A stretch of 64,000 nt of DNA from a virus. Under the pieces are notes generated by a model, which did no database searches, was not told the origin of the DNA, and worked only from the letters and a program-made list of their open reading frames with translations. A program made the position numbers and the translations under genes. Shown here piece by piece: positions 27,187 to 36,332 of this stretch. The stretch is taken from positions 124,504-188,503 of the IMG/VR virus record IMGVR_UViG_2716884766_000001; one strand, given 5' to 3'. Position 1 is the first letter of the stretch, and every line of letters begins with the position of its first letter.

Positions 27187-27795
27187 ATCTGACCCACCAT
27201 AGTGACCAAACTTGCCACGTATGAAAACATCAAAAGCTACTGCGTATCTGACTTGATCTGTCTTATTCTTTTCTACGTTATGTATAACCTGACTAGGGAA
27301 AACTAAGATCATACCGTTCTCAGGTCTGACTCTCCAACTCTGCTGTGTATATTGATTGAAGAAATTTACATCGGGTGTGAGTGTGGTCATGAAACAATTA
27401 GTTGAGTGTTGACCCTTCTCTATCACTAGGTCACCACTATTCTCACTCACATCTAGGTAGTATATACCTGAGAATACACTGTTCATATGACAATGATTTT
27501 GTGCCCAGTCGTTAGGCATATGTTTGATACCCCATGCCCTACACACATCAATATAAACGTAGTCAGATACCTTTAGATGCCCATAGGCAAAGTACTTTAC
27601 AGCATCAGATATCTCATGCTTAAGTGAACGTAACTCTGGGTGTGAAAATATATCTCTATCTCTACTAATATATCCATTGTCCATCGCTGTGCGATCATAA
27701 TTTAATGTCTTTACATATTCCAACCACCCCTCCTTCAGAGGTATTTCACTCTGGAAGACAGGGGTGGGGAACAGACTATGTACCTGTGGTTTCAT
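27172..27795 (-). CDS. Putative 2OG-Fe(II) oxygenase (TIGR02466-like)
   Basis: LFPTPV; HCHMNSVFSGIYYL; ILVFPSQVIHNV; RYAVAFD. Confidence 0.85.
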   Translation of the reverse strand: MKPQVHSLFPTPVFQSEIPLKEGWLEYVKTLNYDRTAMDNGYISRDRDIFSHPELRSLKHEISDAVKYFAYGHLKVSDYVYIDVCRAWGIKHMPNDWAQNHCHMNSVFSGIYYLDVSENSGDLVIEKGQHSTNCFMTTLTPDVNFFNQYTQQSWRVRPENGMILVFPSQVIHNVEKNKTDQVRYAVAFDVFIRGKFGHYGGSDVTIK

Positions 27796-29921
27796 GCTAT
27801 AACTGAGATGAACTCATTCAATATTCTCTTAGATGATGTCTTACCTTTTTGTGACTTCTTGAATGCTCTAGAGATGTCTTGCTTACGTGCGTCTTCTTTG
27901 ACCTCAAAAGCATTGTCAGAGTCATCCATTACTGTTGTCTGTATGTATAAGGATCTGGTGTATGCTGAGTTGAAGTTGATGTAAGACTTGTGCTTTCTCC
28001 ACTCTGCCTTTACCTTCTCCTTAGTATCGAAGTCCATGTCCCATGTAACTCTGTTGAACTCATGTCCAGAGCATAGTCTGATAGAGATAACGTTAGTGCT
28101 AGGGAAGTGATCCTTTAGGTTTTGAACAAAGATATCTGTGTGACTAGAACCATAGTAGTCGTAACCAAACATAGGATAGATTCTACCTACCTTTCTGTCA
28201 CGTAACTGACAATCAGCGATGTTACCTGATACAAGTTTGTCGTAGTCATAGTGACCCCACTTCTTGTTTCTCATGATATATGAACCCTCACCATCTGTCA
28301 AGTTAATGATGTGTGACTTCTCTACATTGTTCTTCTTAATGAACTGAGGAAGAATCTGTCTCATTGAGATGATCGCTTCGTTAAGTGGTGTACCTGATAG
28401 GTATAGAGAGTAAGGTACGTTGTAACGTGAATGTCTGTATGTCATGCTGTAGGCAAGTCTGAACATATACTTCATAACCTTGTCTAGTTGCTTAGTCTTG
28501 AGTTGACTAGAAGCAAAGTTGATCATGTTGAATCCTTCGATGATAACTTCATTCTCGATAGGGTTGTCAACTCTTTGTGCTTCCTTACGATCCCACTCAT
28601 TAGTGAAGGCATATACCTCGAATGGGATACCTGTCTTCTTACAGAACTGAACTAGGTTTAGTAACTGCTTCATAGTATTGAAGAGTACGTTAGACATAGA
28701 ACCAGACCAATCTAGGTTGAAGATTAGACCGTGGTTCTTACCATCAGGTGTTACTGCGATCTTCTTGAAGATGTCATCGTTGTACTTGTACTGGAAAAGC
28801 TTTGATGTGTTAAGAACACCTGTCTTAGACACTGTTGTACGTGCGTATGCTGAAGCACTCTTCTTCATCTCGAACTCTTTAACGAGATAGTTGACTTCCT
28901 TTGTTGATTGTGTCTTATACTTTCTCCACTCTGCGTCTATCTCTGCGAACTCGAAGTGCTCATGCTCTGTCCAGTAGTCCTCAAGACACTTAACCCATGT
29001 GTCAGGTGTAACGATAGTCTTCTCTAGATTGATCTCTGGAAGAGTAACATATGTGATAGGAGCAGACTCGGTGTCAACAAGGTTTTGGATTGATTCTTCT
29101 AGGATTGAATCTGTAACTGCTTCCAAGTCATCGCCATAAGTCTTACCACTTGTAGCACCTTTTCCTGCGGGTGCTGCGGGTGAGGGAGCACTCTCCTGAG
29201 ACTCCTCAGACTTTTGACCGTCTTCTTGTTCTGCCTTGGTAGGTGCTTCTGTTCCCTGCTCGTTAGATTCTTTTGATTCTGTTGGTTCCTGCTGTGAGGA
29301 TTGGATCTTGTCACCACTACCTTGTTGAGGTAACTCTATAGGAGTACCTTCTGTTGCTTCGGTCTGGGAGGTTGAATCCGAGACCTGTTCCTGCTGATAT
29401 TTAGCGATACGTGCTGCTAAATCCTTGACCTCTTCAAATGTCTCAACAGTTGCTGCTTCGTCTCTGAATGCTATCTCCTGAGCACCTGTGAATGGGATGT
29501 CCCAGAATGAACCGACCTTATAGAATAGGTTGATGCGGTCAATAAGAGCAAACGCTTCTAGGTCACGGAACTGTAGTTGAAAGAAGTCTTTCTTGTTGAT
29601 ATCTTTGTAACCATTATAGAATGTCTTAGGAAGTCCTGCGTATCTACGCTTCATTAACTTCTCAACACGTACATCTTCTATAACGTTGACGTATGAGAGA
29701 GGAATCTGACCTACGAAGTCCCACTCATTAGGTGTGTATAGTGCGTGACCTACCTCATGAGCAATGAGCATGTCGATGACAGAAGCTTCTGCTTTCTCCC
29801 ACATTGGAAGTGTTAAGATACGCTTTTCTACATCAAATTGTGCTGTTTCTACCTGTCTGTGCTCAACGATTAGATCTTCTTGAGCAAGTAGTTTAGCGAG
29901 TGTGCCTTTGACTTCTAACAT
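27792..29921 (-). CDS. CobT-like VWA-domain protein with HExxH metallopeptidase-like N-terminus
   Basis: AHEVGHALYT and NVIEDVRVE; MIDAS motifs LDWSGSM, SGTPL and LTDGE. Confidence 0.85.
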   Translation of the reverse strand: MLEVKGTLAKLLAQEDLIVEHRQVETAQFDVEKRILTLPMWEKAEASVIDMLIAHEVGHALYTPNEWDFVGQIPLSYVNVIEDVRVEKLMKRRYAGLPKTFYNGYKDINKKDFFQLQFRDLEAFALIDRINLFYKVGSFWDIPFTGAQEIAFRDEAATVETFEEVKDLAARIAKYQQEQVSDSTSQTEATEGTPIELPQQGSGDKIQSSQQEPTESKESNEQGTEAPTKAEQEDGQKSEESQESAPSPAAPAGKGATSGKTYGDDLEAVTDSILEESIQNLVDTESAPITYVTLPEINLEKTIVTPDTWVKCLEDYWTEHEHFEFAEIDAEWRKYKTQSTKEVNYLVKEFEMKKSASAYARTTVSKTGVLNTSKLFQYKYNDDIFKKIAVTPDGKNHGLIFNLDWSGSMSNVLFNTMKQLLNLVQFCKKTGIPFEVYAFTNEWDRKEAQRVDNPIENEVIIEGFNMINFASSQLKTKQLDKVMKYMFRLAYSMTYRHSRYNVPYSLYLSGTPLNEAIISMRQILPQFIKKNNVEKSHIINLTDGEGSYIMRNKKWGHYDYDKLVSGNIADCQLRDRKVGRIYPMFGYDYYGSSHTDIFVQNLKDHFPSTNVISIRLCSGHEFNRVTWDMDFDTKEKVKAEWRKHKSYINFNSAYTRSLYIQTTVMDDSDNAFEVKEDARKQDISRAFKKSQKGKTSSKRILNEFISVIA

Positions 29922-29942
29922 TTGATTCCTGTGTCTGTATAC

Positions 29943-30092
29943 CTATATGATAACAAAAAACCGCCCCTTGGGACGGTTTAGTAGACACTTTGTCAACTGG
30001 TTGCGTCTGGCACGTGCTTGTCGTAGTGCCTGAGGCTTTAGTGTTCTCTTTTGTGGTTTCTTTGAATGATGCTGCCAGTTTGGAACTCGCAT
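29943..30092 (-). CDS. 49-aa basic peptide (conserved cyanophage small protein)
   Basis: MRVPNWQHHSKK..KRTLKPQALRQARARR; strong AAGGAGG RBS; true start 30092, not 30248. Confidence 0.75.
   Translation of the reverse strand: MRVPNWQHHSKKPQKRTLKPQALRQARARRNQLTKCLLNRPKGRFFVII
29955..29978 (-). terminator. Intrinsic terminator-like hairpin inside the 3' end of the 49-aa ORF
   Basis: AACCGTCC-CAAG-GGGCGGTT plus T run. Confidence 0.6.
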
Positions 30093-30121
30093 AACGACCT
30101 CCTTAAGTGTGTTTGCCTCAA

Positions 30122-30128
30122 TATTTAG
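30122..30128 (-). promoter_or_regulatory. Late promoter variant CTAAATA
   Basis: Between the ncRNA and the 49-aa ORF. Confidence 0.45.
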
Positions 30129-30134
30129 TAAAGA

Positions 30135-30302
30135 GGGAGGTTGGATTCCTGTGTACCAACAAACAACGGGCATTACTACAGTAGTAAAAACGTTGTTGCC
30201 TGAGACCCGATTGGTTGAATCGGTTCTGCATCGCTGCAGCAGCACCACCTGTGTCTCATCACCTTAACTAGCGGTTGCCAGTAAGTTTATTCAGTCACTC
30301 CC
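30135..30302 (-). ncRNA. Structured ncRNA, manA-motif-like
   Basis: Closed by GGGAG/CTCCC; contains GTTAAGGTGATGAGACACAGGTGGTGCTGC, GGGTCTCAGGC and ACAGGAATCCAACC segments that I recall from cyanophage manA RNAs; internal stems CTGC-AGCGAT-GCAG and CCGATT/AATCGG; own promoter. Confidence 0.7.
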
Positions 30303-30322
30303 ATGTCGCGTCCGACTCTTGT

Positions 30323-30351
30323 ATATTAACAGGGTCTTCGCATTGTGTCAA
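30323..30351 (-). promoter_or_regulatory. sigma70 promoter for the ncRNA
   Basis: TTGACA (30351-30346), 17 nt, TAATAT (30328-30323). Confidence 0.7.
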
Positions 30352-30394
30352 CCCCCTCTGGTGGTATCCTATGTGAAATATCTCAACAAGGATG

Positions 30395-30434
30395 AAAAAC
30401 CCCACTATCAGTAGGTTACAGACAGTCAAGGGGT
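30395..30434 (-). terminator. Probable terminator after gp46
   Basis: ACCCC..ACTGTC....GATAGT.GGGGT plus TTTT. Confidence 0.5.
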
Positions 30435-30445
30435 GTGTTATGACG

Positions 30446-32167
30446 TTAAATACCGCTTTCTTCATTGATTACAGAGAAGTTTTGCTTCTTTTCTACTCTT
30501 AGTATTCTATCAAACTTATCCTGTAAGACATCAGTTTTGTGTGAGATTATAAACACGTTAGTACTGTCGTTAAATGACCTCAGAATCTTCATAAAGTCAT
30601 AAGTTCCTGCTATATCCAGAGAACTATCAAATATCTCGTCAAGTATCAGTAAATTAGTGTTGGCACTGTTCTTCATCTTAGCTATGGTTCTCCATGTGAA
30701 CAGAAGTGCTAGATCTATCCTCATTTTCTCCCCTTCAGAGAAGGATGCGTAGCAAAATTCGTCTCTAAACCTAGATTTTATAGTCTCCTCAAAGTTTTCA
30801 TTGAGATCAAATGACACATAGAAATCTAACTCATTCAAATACTTATTAATCAGTTGATTCATGATCGGAAGGTACTTTTTAATGATCTGAGACTTGATTC
30901 CAGTGTCCTTGAGCAGTGATGAACACACATCAAAATTTTCTTTCACCTTCTTAGTTTCCTTGAGTGCTATCTCTCCCTCTAGACCCTCTTTTACCAGTGT
31001 TTTTAGGTTATTTTGCTCTCTTTTTAGGTTATCTGTCTGTGGTGTGTCAATCTCTTCTTGTATCTTCTTCATAGATTTTTTCTTCCACCTAATCTCCTTG
31101 GTGTCGGAGGAAATATTGCTCTGAACCTCCCTAATTTCCTTGATTTTACCCTCTTTTAGTGATACTTGCTCCTTGATCTCTTCAAGCTTTTGTTTAAGAT
31201 CCACTGTGGCACTTTCAATTTGATTGAGTTGGTCTGTAATTCCTCTCTGGTTGCTCTTCTTGCTTCGTTCCGTAATAGTTTGGCTACAAGTTGGGCATCT
31301 ATCGTTTTCTTCATAGAATTTCATCTCCTTATTAAGTGTTTTCTTCTTGTCATTGAACTTAGACTGATACACCTTCAGTTCATTTAACTTAGAGGTCACA
31401 TCACCTATGGAATCTGCCTCATTTTGGAGCAAATCCACAGTTTCTGCTGCTTTTATGATGTTATCCTCTAGCACATCTACCTCAGTCTGTAACGTGTGGA
31501 TATCCGTACTCTTTGCGTCCCTCTGTTTCTTCTGATTTGCCTTAATATCCTCTATAAATCGCTGTTGTATCTCTACTTTCTCCTTAATTAGGTCAAGGTC
31601 ATACGTTGCCTGTGTTATGCTGTCACGTAGTCCTTTTGCTCTTCCTTTGAGGATGTCATTCATGGTAGAAAACACCTTAATATCAAGCAAATCCTCTATA
31701 ACCTCCCTTCTATTGGGTGCTGTGAGTTGCATGAAAGGTACGAAGGTACTGCTACCTAGTATCACTACCTGTGTGAATGACTTATAGTTTAATTTTAGTA
31801 CAGATTGCTCCAACCAGGTCTGTTGATCACGCTGATTTGACTCCTGATTGAGTGCTGTACCGTCTCTAAAGATTTCAAATATATTTGGCTTCACTCCTCT
31901 GTTCACTTGCCAATGAGTTGACCCTATTTTGAACTCAATAGAGACCATCATCTCCTTCTCATTGACAGCATTTATCAGTTGTGCCTGTGATATCTTACGG
32001 AAAGGTTTCTTGAACAGGACAAAGCAGATAGCATCAAGCATCGTGCTTTTTCCTGCCCCGTTGGAACCGACAATTAGTGTTGATGGACTACCTTTCAAGT
32101 CAACTTCGCTAAAAGCATTACCTGTTGCTAGGAAATTCTTCCAACGAATTTTCTCAAATACGATCAT
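30446..32167 (-). CDS. gp46: Recombination endonuclease subunit (SbcC/Rad50-like ATPase)
   Basis: GSNGAGKST, CPTC zinc hook, FSEGEKMRIDL, LILDE. Confidence 0.97.
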   Translation of the reverse strand: MIVFEKIRWKNFLATGNAFSEVDLKGSPSTLIVGSNGAGKSTMLDAICFVLFKKPFRKISQAQLINAVNEKEMMVSIEFKIGSTHWQVNRGVKPNIFEIFRDGTALNQESNQRDQQTWLEQSVLKLNYKSFTQVVILGSSTFVPFMQLTAPNRREVIEDLLDIKVFSTMNDILKGRAKGLRDSITQATYDLDLIKEKVEIQQRFIEDIKANQKKQRDAKSTDIHTLQTEVDVLEDNIIKAAETVDLLQNEADSIGDVTSKLNELKVYQSKFNDKKKTLNKEMKFYEENDRCPTCSQTITERSKKSNQRGITDQLNQIESATVDLKQKLEEIKEQVSLKEGKIKEIREVQSNISSDTKEIRWKKKSMKKIQEEIDTPQTDNLKREQNNLKTLVKEGLEGEIALKETKKVKENFDVCSSLLKDTGIKSQIIKKYLPIMNQLINKYLNELDFYVSFDLNENFEETIKSRFRDEFCYASFSEGEKMRIDLALLFTWRTIAKMKNSANTNLLILDEIFDSSLDIAGTYDFMKILRSFNDSTNVFIISHKTDVLQDKFDRILRVEKKQNFSVINEESGI

Positions 32168-32181
32168 AATAATTAGACAAA

Positions 32182-32436
32182 TTAAAAATCAGGAGGTATC
32201 ACTATTTGATCAGGTCTGATCACATAATATGGGTGATTATACTTCTTACAAGTACCTATCGCCTCGTCTGCATCAACTTCTACCGCACACATCTGTGGGT
32301 AATCGTTCGCTTCCAATAACCTAGCATAGCGTATTGCGTCATCTTTGTCAAGGAAAAGGTAAAGTGTTTTAAGACCCTCTCTTTCCACTGAATAAGCACC
32401 CTCTTTTTCTTTTCCTTTGAGTGCTATGATGTACAT
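32182..32436 (-). CDS. Conserved cyanophage hypothetical protein
   Basis: 84 aa between gp47 and gp46; EGAYSV...LYLF..KDDA.RYA.LLEA. Confidence 0.8.
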   Translation of the reverse strand: MYIIALKGKEKEGAYSVEREGLKTLYLFLDKDDAIRYARLLEANDYPQMCAVEVDADEAIGTCKKYNHPYYVIRPDQIVIPPDF

Positions 32437-33470
32437 TAGACTAGCTCCAGTGCTTCGACGTAAAGTGATTTTAAAATAGTCTTGATACCCTCCTTATCAT
32501 GGTATTCCATACCATTTACATAGTTGTCTAGTAGTGTGAGTGTATCTTCCTTCTCTATATCTATATCATCTGAAAATTCTGAGTCGTATGATGAGTCCTC
32601 CACTACCTTGATGTCATATACACCATTAACATACAGTTGAGAGATGAAATATTCAAACTTAGCAGTGTCTTTTTTGTTCTCTACTATGACTTTGACCATC
32701 CTATCCTTATACTGCCTAGCATCAGGTAGTTTCCTCTCATCATAAAAAATCTTGTCAAAGATTTTATAAGGATTTTCTATGAATTTCTTCTCTTTTGTGG
32801 TCGTATTGTACTCATGGAACCCTCTTTCGTCACCCCAGTCGTTCCAGTATATGTGATAGGGATTACCAAGGTAGTGACAGTTACCATGGTGTGACTTAGT
32901 GTGGTAGTGACCACTGTATACTTGGTCAAATTTAGCAAAAAGGTTCTTATCTATGCCATGTGTCATAGTAAATCCTTTGTGTGCTTCAAACCCATTGAGT
33001 TCTAGATGTCCCATTGCTACTGTAGCAGTGGTTTCTTCTATCATTCTATAGGTATTCTCCTGATTTTCAGCATTTATCCATGGTATGAACAGTATTTCTA
33101 GGTCACCTATCAGCACCTGTGTTGGTTCAGAATATATGTGTACGTTCTCGTACTCACCAAGGAAATTATCTAGTGTATTTACGCTGTTTGTGTCCTTATA
33201 ATAGGCAGTATGGTTCCCCACGAGTGAATGAACCTCGACCCCCATTTTTTGTAGACGATTGAAGTAATTATTTCTTGCCCAATCCACTGACCAGATGTCT
33301 ACATTCTTACGATTGTCAAATGTATCACCTAAATCTAGTAGTATTTTTATATTATTCTCTTCTAAGTATGGAAAAAATACGTTGTCGTAGAAATTTTTAA
33401 AGTAGTCATGAAAATGTCGACTAGACTTCCTAGCACCGAAGTGCTGATCAGTTATTATTGCTATATTCAA
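32436..33470 (-). CDS. gp47: Recombination endonuclease subunit (SbcD/Mre11-like)
   Basis: ITDQHFG, LGDTFD, VGNH, GHLE, SGHYH. Confidence 0.97.
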   Translation of the reverse strand: MNIAIITDQHFGARKSSRHFHDYFKNFYDNVFFPYLEENNIKILLDLGDTFDNRKNVDIWSVDWARNNYFNRLQKMGVEVHSLVGNHTAYYKDTNSVNTLDNFLGEYENVHIYSEPTQVLIGDLEILFIPWINAENQENTYRMIEETTATVAMGHLELNGFEAHKGFTMTHGIDKNLFAKFDQVYSGHYHTKSHHGNCHYLGNPYHIYWNDWGDERGFHEYNTTTKEKKFIENPYKIFDKIFYDERKLPDARQYKDRMVKVIVENKKDTAKFEYFISQLYVNGVYDIKVVEDSSYDSEFSDDIDIEKEDTLTLLDNYVNGMEYHDKEGIKTILKSLYVEALELV

Positions 33471-33928
33471 TTTGATTTTACCTGTACGTTCTCTTTTATG
33501 CTGTTCATTGCTGAGTGATCATCAGTTCCATCACTGTGGAATAGTTGATCGTACCCTGATTTAGTGATAATCTTGTTCTTTATCTCTAATTGTCTCTTCT
33601 CTTTAGAAATCCTACGTAAAAAAGCATAGTATATTATCTGTGTAAAATATGCGAAAGGGTTACTTGACTTGCTTGGGTCGAAGTTTCCTATGTACTGTAC
33701 ACAATTTTCTATACCATCACATATCATGTCCTCTCTGAACATATAGTTGACGAAGTTAGGTTTGTATGACAGGTGCGTTGCTATCTTAAGAAAACATTCT
33801 CCTATGTAATTGTTGATCCGAGGTTTGGGTTCACCATTTTCCTCAGCAACCTTACATTCTGCCTTGAAATCTACAAGGGCAAGAAGGAATTCTTTGTTAT
33901 TAACGTAGTGTTCTGACTTCTTTTTCAT
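33467..33928 (-). CDS. gp55: Late transcription sigma factor
   Basis: HYVNNKEF, IGECFLKIA.HLSYKPNF.NY, NPFAYFTQI. Confidence 0.97.
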   Translation of the reverse strand: MKKKSEHYVNNKEFLLALVDFKAECKVAEENGEPKPRINNYIGECFLKIATHLSYKPNFVNYMFREDMICDGIENCVQYIGNFDPSKSSNPFAYFTQIIYYAFLRRISKEKRQLEIKNKIITKSGYDQLFHSDGTDDHSAMNSIKENVQVKSN

Positions 33929-33950
33929 ACCAATGAGTTTGGTTACTTAC

Positions 33951-33979
33951 AGTATACTATGTTACGATGTCCACGTCAA
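33951..33979 (-). promoter_or_regulatory. sigma70 promoter for gp55
   Basis: TTGACG (33979-33974), 17 nt, TATACT (33956-33951). Confidence 0.75.
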
Positions 33980-33981
33980 GC

Positions 33982-34010
33982 TTGACAACACGCTCTGAAA
34001 GGTGTACACT
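33982..34010 (+). promoter_or_regulatory. Divergent (antisense) sigma70 promoter
   Basis: TTGACA (33982-33987), 17 nt, TACACT (34005-34010). Confidence 0.55.
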
Positions 34011-34036
34011 AACTGTGTAGCAGGTTCAGAGACATA

Positions 34037-34429
34037 TTAGGACCATTTATTTTTCTTCTTAAAGATAGACTCTAGAATTGCTCTAGACTCTTCCACCGTA
34101 CCTAGGTCACCTTCCTTAGATGCGGTCTTTTTATTATAATCAGGATCAATCTTTTCTATAGACATCTCATAGAACATTGATACCTCTATGTCACACTCTA
34201 CACAAGTGACGATTCTATCCATCGGAACGATGAATGATCTTTCCTTAGAGAATTTCATCCAAGGGGATACTTTTGCACCTACTCTGGAGTCCATAGTAAC
34301 CTCTTCAACTACTATAGGGTTCTCAAGAACAAGATAGTTTCCGTTCTCGTCGTTGACATACGTCACTTTAGACAGCACTTCTTCACCTGTCACTATTTTG
34401 AGTGCTCCTAGGAATTCTTCTTCAGGCAT
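34037..34429 (-). CDS. Sm-like-fold protein (paralog 4)
   Basis: LKIVTGEEVLS...ENP...SPWMKFSKE...IVTCVEC...Y. Confidence 0.65.
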   Translation of the reverse strand: MPEEEFLGALKIVTGEEVLSKVTYVNDENGNYLVLENPIVVEEVTMDSRVGAKVSPWMKFSKERSFIVPMDRIVTCVECDIEVSMFYEMSIEKIDPDYNKKTASKEGDLGTVEESRAILESIFKKKNKWS

Positions 34430-34431
34430 AT

Positions 34432-35901
34432 CTATTTTGTTTTAAGGTTGACATCAATAAATTCATAATCGAATGACTCTTCATTGTATATTTTAACACG
34501 TTCAATCAGATGATTGAGAGTATAGTTGCGACGACCTCCTTTTGAGATGTCATCTGCTATATCATATAGTACAGCTTTGGTTTTGTTATCTCCTTTACGG
34601 AGTACACGTCCTATAGACTGTAAATTCCTTATCCTCGACTTGCTTGGCGACGCAAAGACAACGTTGTGTAAGTTCCTAATATTAATACCAGTACTAAAAG
34701 TGCCATAGGATGCCACAATAATAGAATCTTTAGTAGTCTCAGCGATGCGTCGTGCCTTCTCCCTGTCCTCTGTGTCTACTCCTCCATAGATCAGGAAGGT
34801 TTGTCTTGAATCCTCTACTTTATTATTTATCAGTTCAAACAGTGGCATGCCATGTTTCTCTACGTAGTTGAATAATACTAGAGTGTTGCCTTCTAGATCA
34901 CATACGAGGTTACGTATGAACCTATTGCGACCCGCGTGGGAGCATAGGTACTCCATCTCATCTTGGTAGGTATCAAACTCTTGATACTCATGCTTTAACA
35001 TGAGGACTTTGATTTCAAATTCAGACAGGTGTCCTTGTTCGATAAGGTTCTCAGTCTTGGTGACCTTGGCACACGTACCAAACACACCCTCTAAGACCAG
35101 TCTATTGGTCTGTAACCCATCTAATGTACCAGTAAACCCTATTCTATACTTACAGTCATGTAATTTACCCATGATACCTGTAAGAGATTTAGCTTTGAAC
35201 TGGTGTGCTTCGTCTCCTATGACAGCACCGAACTCATTAAAGTACTTCTTAGGTAACTTATAGATGGATTGCCATGTAGTTATTATAACATCTTTCTCAG
35301 AAAATGGGGTCGCCCCGCCATATACCTTGTGGCAATGGTGCTTTGCGTTCCAACCATACTCTCGAAAGTCCTTATACATTTGCTCTACAAGGGACGTAGT
35401 AGGCACTACAATAAGAGTTTTAAGGTCTTTCTTACCAAAGTATCTACAGAGGGCATATATCATAAGACTTTTACCACTCGCAGTAGGTGACAGGAGGAGT
35501 TTCCTCTTGAACCTCATTGCTTCATAGATTGCTTGGTACTGATAGTCCCTTACTTTGTGAGGTAACTGTAGTCCCTTAACGAATGCCCCGACAGCAGCGG
35601 GTGTAACAAGGTCATCCACTTCTTCTGGAAGTCCATAGACATCGTTGTCGACGAATTTGTATGGGTATCCGTGCTCCTGTAGAAAAGTTGTAACGTAAGG
35701 TAGCAAGCCAGCATATATTTCACCTGTAGCTGGACTGAATAATTTGATTTTTCCATCCCAATACCTCTTTTTATAGGCAGACATAAATTTTGCTTGAGGC
35801 ACCTCGAAGGTGAACTCGTCTGCCAATTCATATTGTACGTGGGGTGGGCAATCTAATGTGAGATATACTTCGTTCTTCTTCTTGATAAGGACATCAGACA
35901 T
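34432..35901 (-). CDS. uvsW: SF2 DNA helicase
   Basis: SPTASGKS, GDEAH, GFTGT, QSIGRVLR. Confidence 0.96.
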   Translation of the reverse strand: MSDVLIKKKNEVYLTLDCPPHVQYELADEFTFEVPQAKFMSAYKKRYWDGKIKLFSPATGEIYAGLLPYVTTFLQEHGYPYKFVDNDVYGLPEEVDDLVTPAAVGAFVKGLQLPHKVRDYQYQAIYEAMRFKRKLLLSPTASGKSLMIYALCRYFGKKDLKTLIVVPTTSLVEQMYKDFREYGWNAKHHCHKVYGGATPFSEKDVIITTWQSIYKLPKKYFNEFGAVIGDEAHQFKAKSLTGIMGKLHDCKYRIGFTGTLDGLQTNRLVLEGVFGTCAKVTKTENLIEQGHLSEFEIKVLMLKHEYQEFDTYQDEMEYLCSHAGRNRFIRNLVCDLEGNTLVLFNYVEKHGMPLFELINNKVEDSRQTFLIYGGVDTEDREKARRIAETTKDSIIVASYGTFSTGINIRNLHNVVFASPSKSRIRNLQSIGRVLRKGDNKTKAVLYDIADDISKGGRRNYTLNHLIERVKIYNEESFDYEFIDVNLKTK

Positions 35902-36307
35902 CGTAACCCTTCAGCATTTTGGCAAACTCAATCGCATTCTTAATCATAAACGATTGATTGTTCACAGCCGTTAGTATACTCTTAAGAGTATCAATCATCT
36001 GGTTATAATACTTCAGCTTGAACACAGCCTTCTGGTATTTTTCATCCGAATCTATGTAGATAGAGATGTCTGTTTTTAGAAGTTTAGTAGGAAATGGCTT
36101 GGTTGACTTTCCAGTATAAAATTCCCAGAGTTCACGGTAAAGTGACTTAAGTTTTAGTTCATGCTCATCTCTGAGCATAGTTACTTGATTAAGTAATTGA
36201 AGATATTTAGCATGTTTTCTCGGTATAGAGAGGGAGTCATGATCTAATTTTTCATCATCAAGTTTAGAGTCCTCTTTCCACATGGACTCAATCATCTCAA
36301 GGTTCAT
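35894..36307 (-). CDS. uvsY: Recombination mediator
   Basis: W.EDSK.D...S..IP..HAKY, K.....I.N..F.IKNAIEF. Confidence 0.9.
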   Translation of the reverse strand: MNLEMIESMWKEDSKLDDEKLDHDSLSIPRKHAKYLQLLNQVTMLRDEHELKLKSLYRELWEFYTGKSTKPFPTKLLKTDISIYIDSDEKYQKAVFKLKYYNQMIDTLKSILTAVNNQSFMIKNAIEFAKMLKGYDV

Positions 36308-36332
36308 ACTAAATGTCCTGTTGTATTATATA

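Noticed and set aside
25989-29921. Interpreting cobS/cobT-like genes as cobalamin biosynthesis
   Set aside because: No CobN or other cob genes are present in the window. The motifs support only a MoxR-type AAA+/VWA pair.
30093-30248. N-terminal 52 codons of the 101-aa ORF in the track
   Set aside because: They run through the structured RNA and a late promoter. The strong AAGGAGG RBS marks the real start at 30092.
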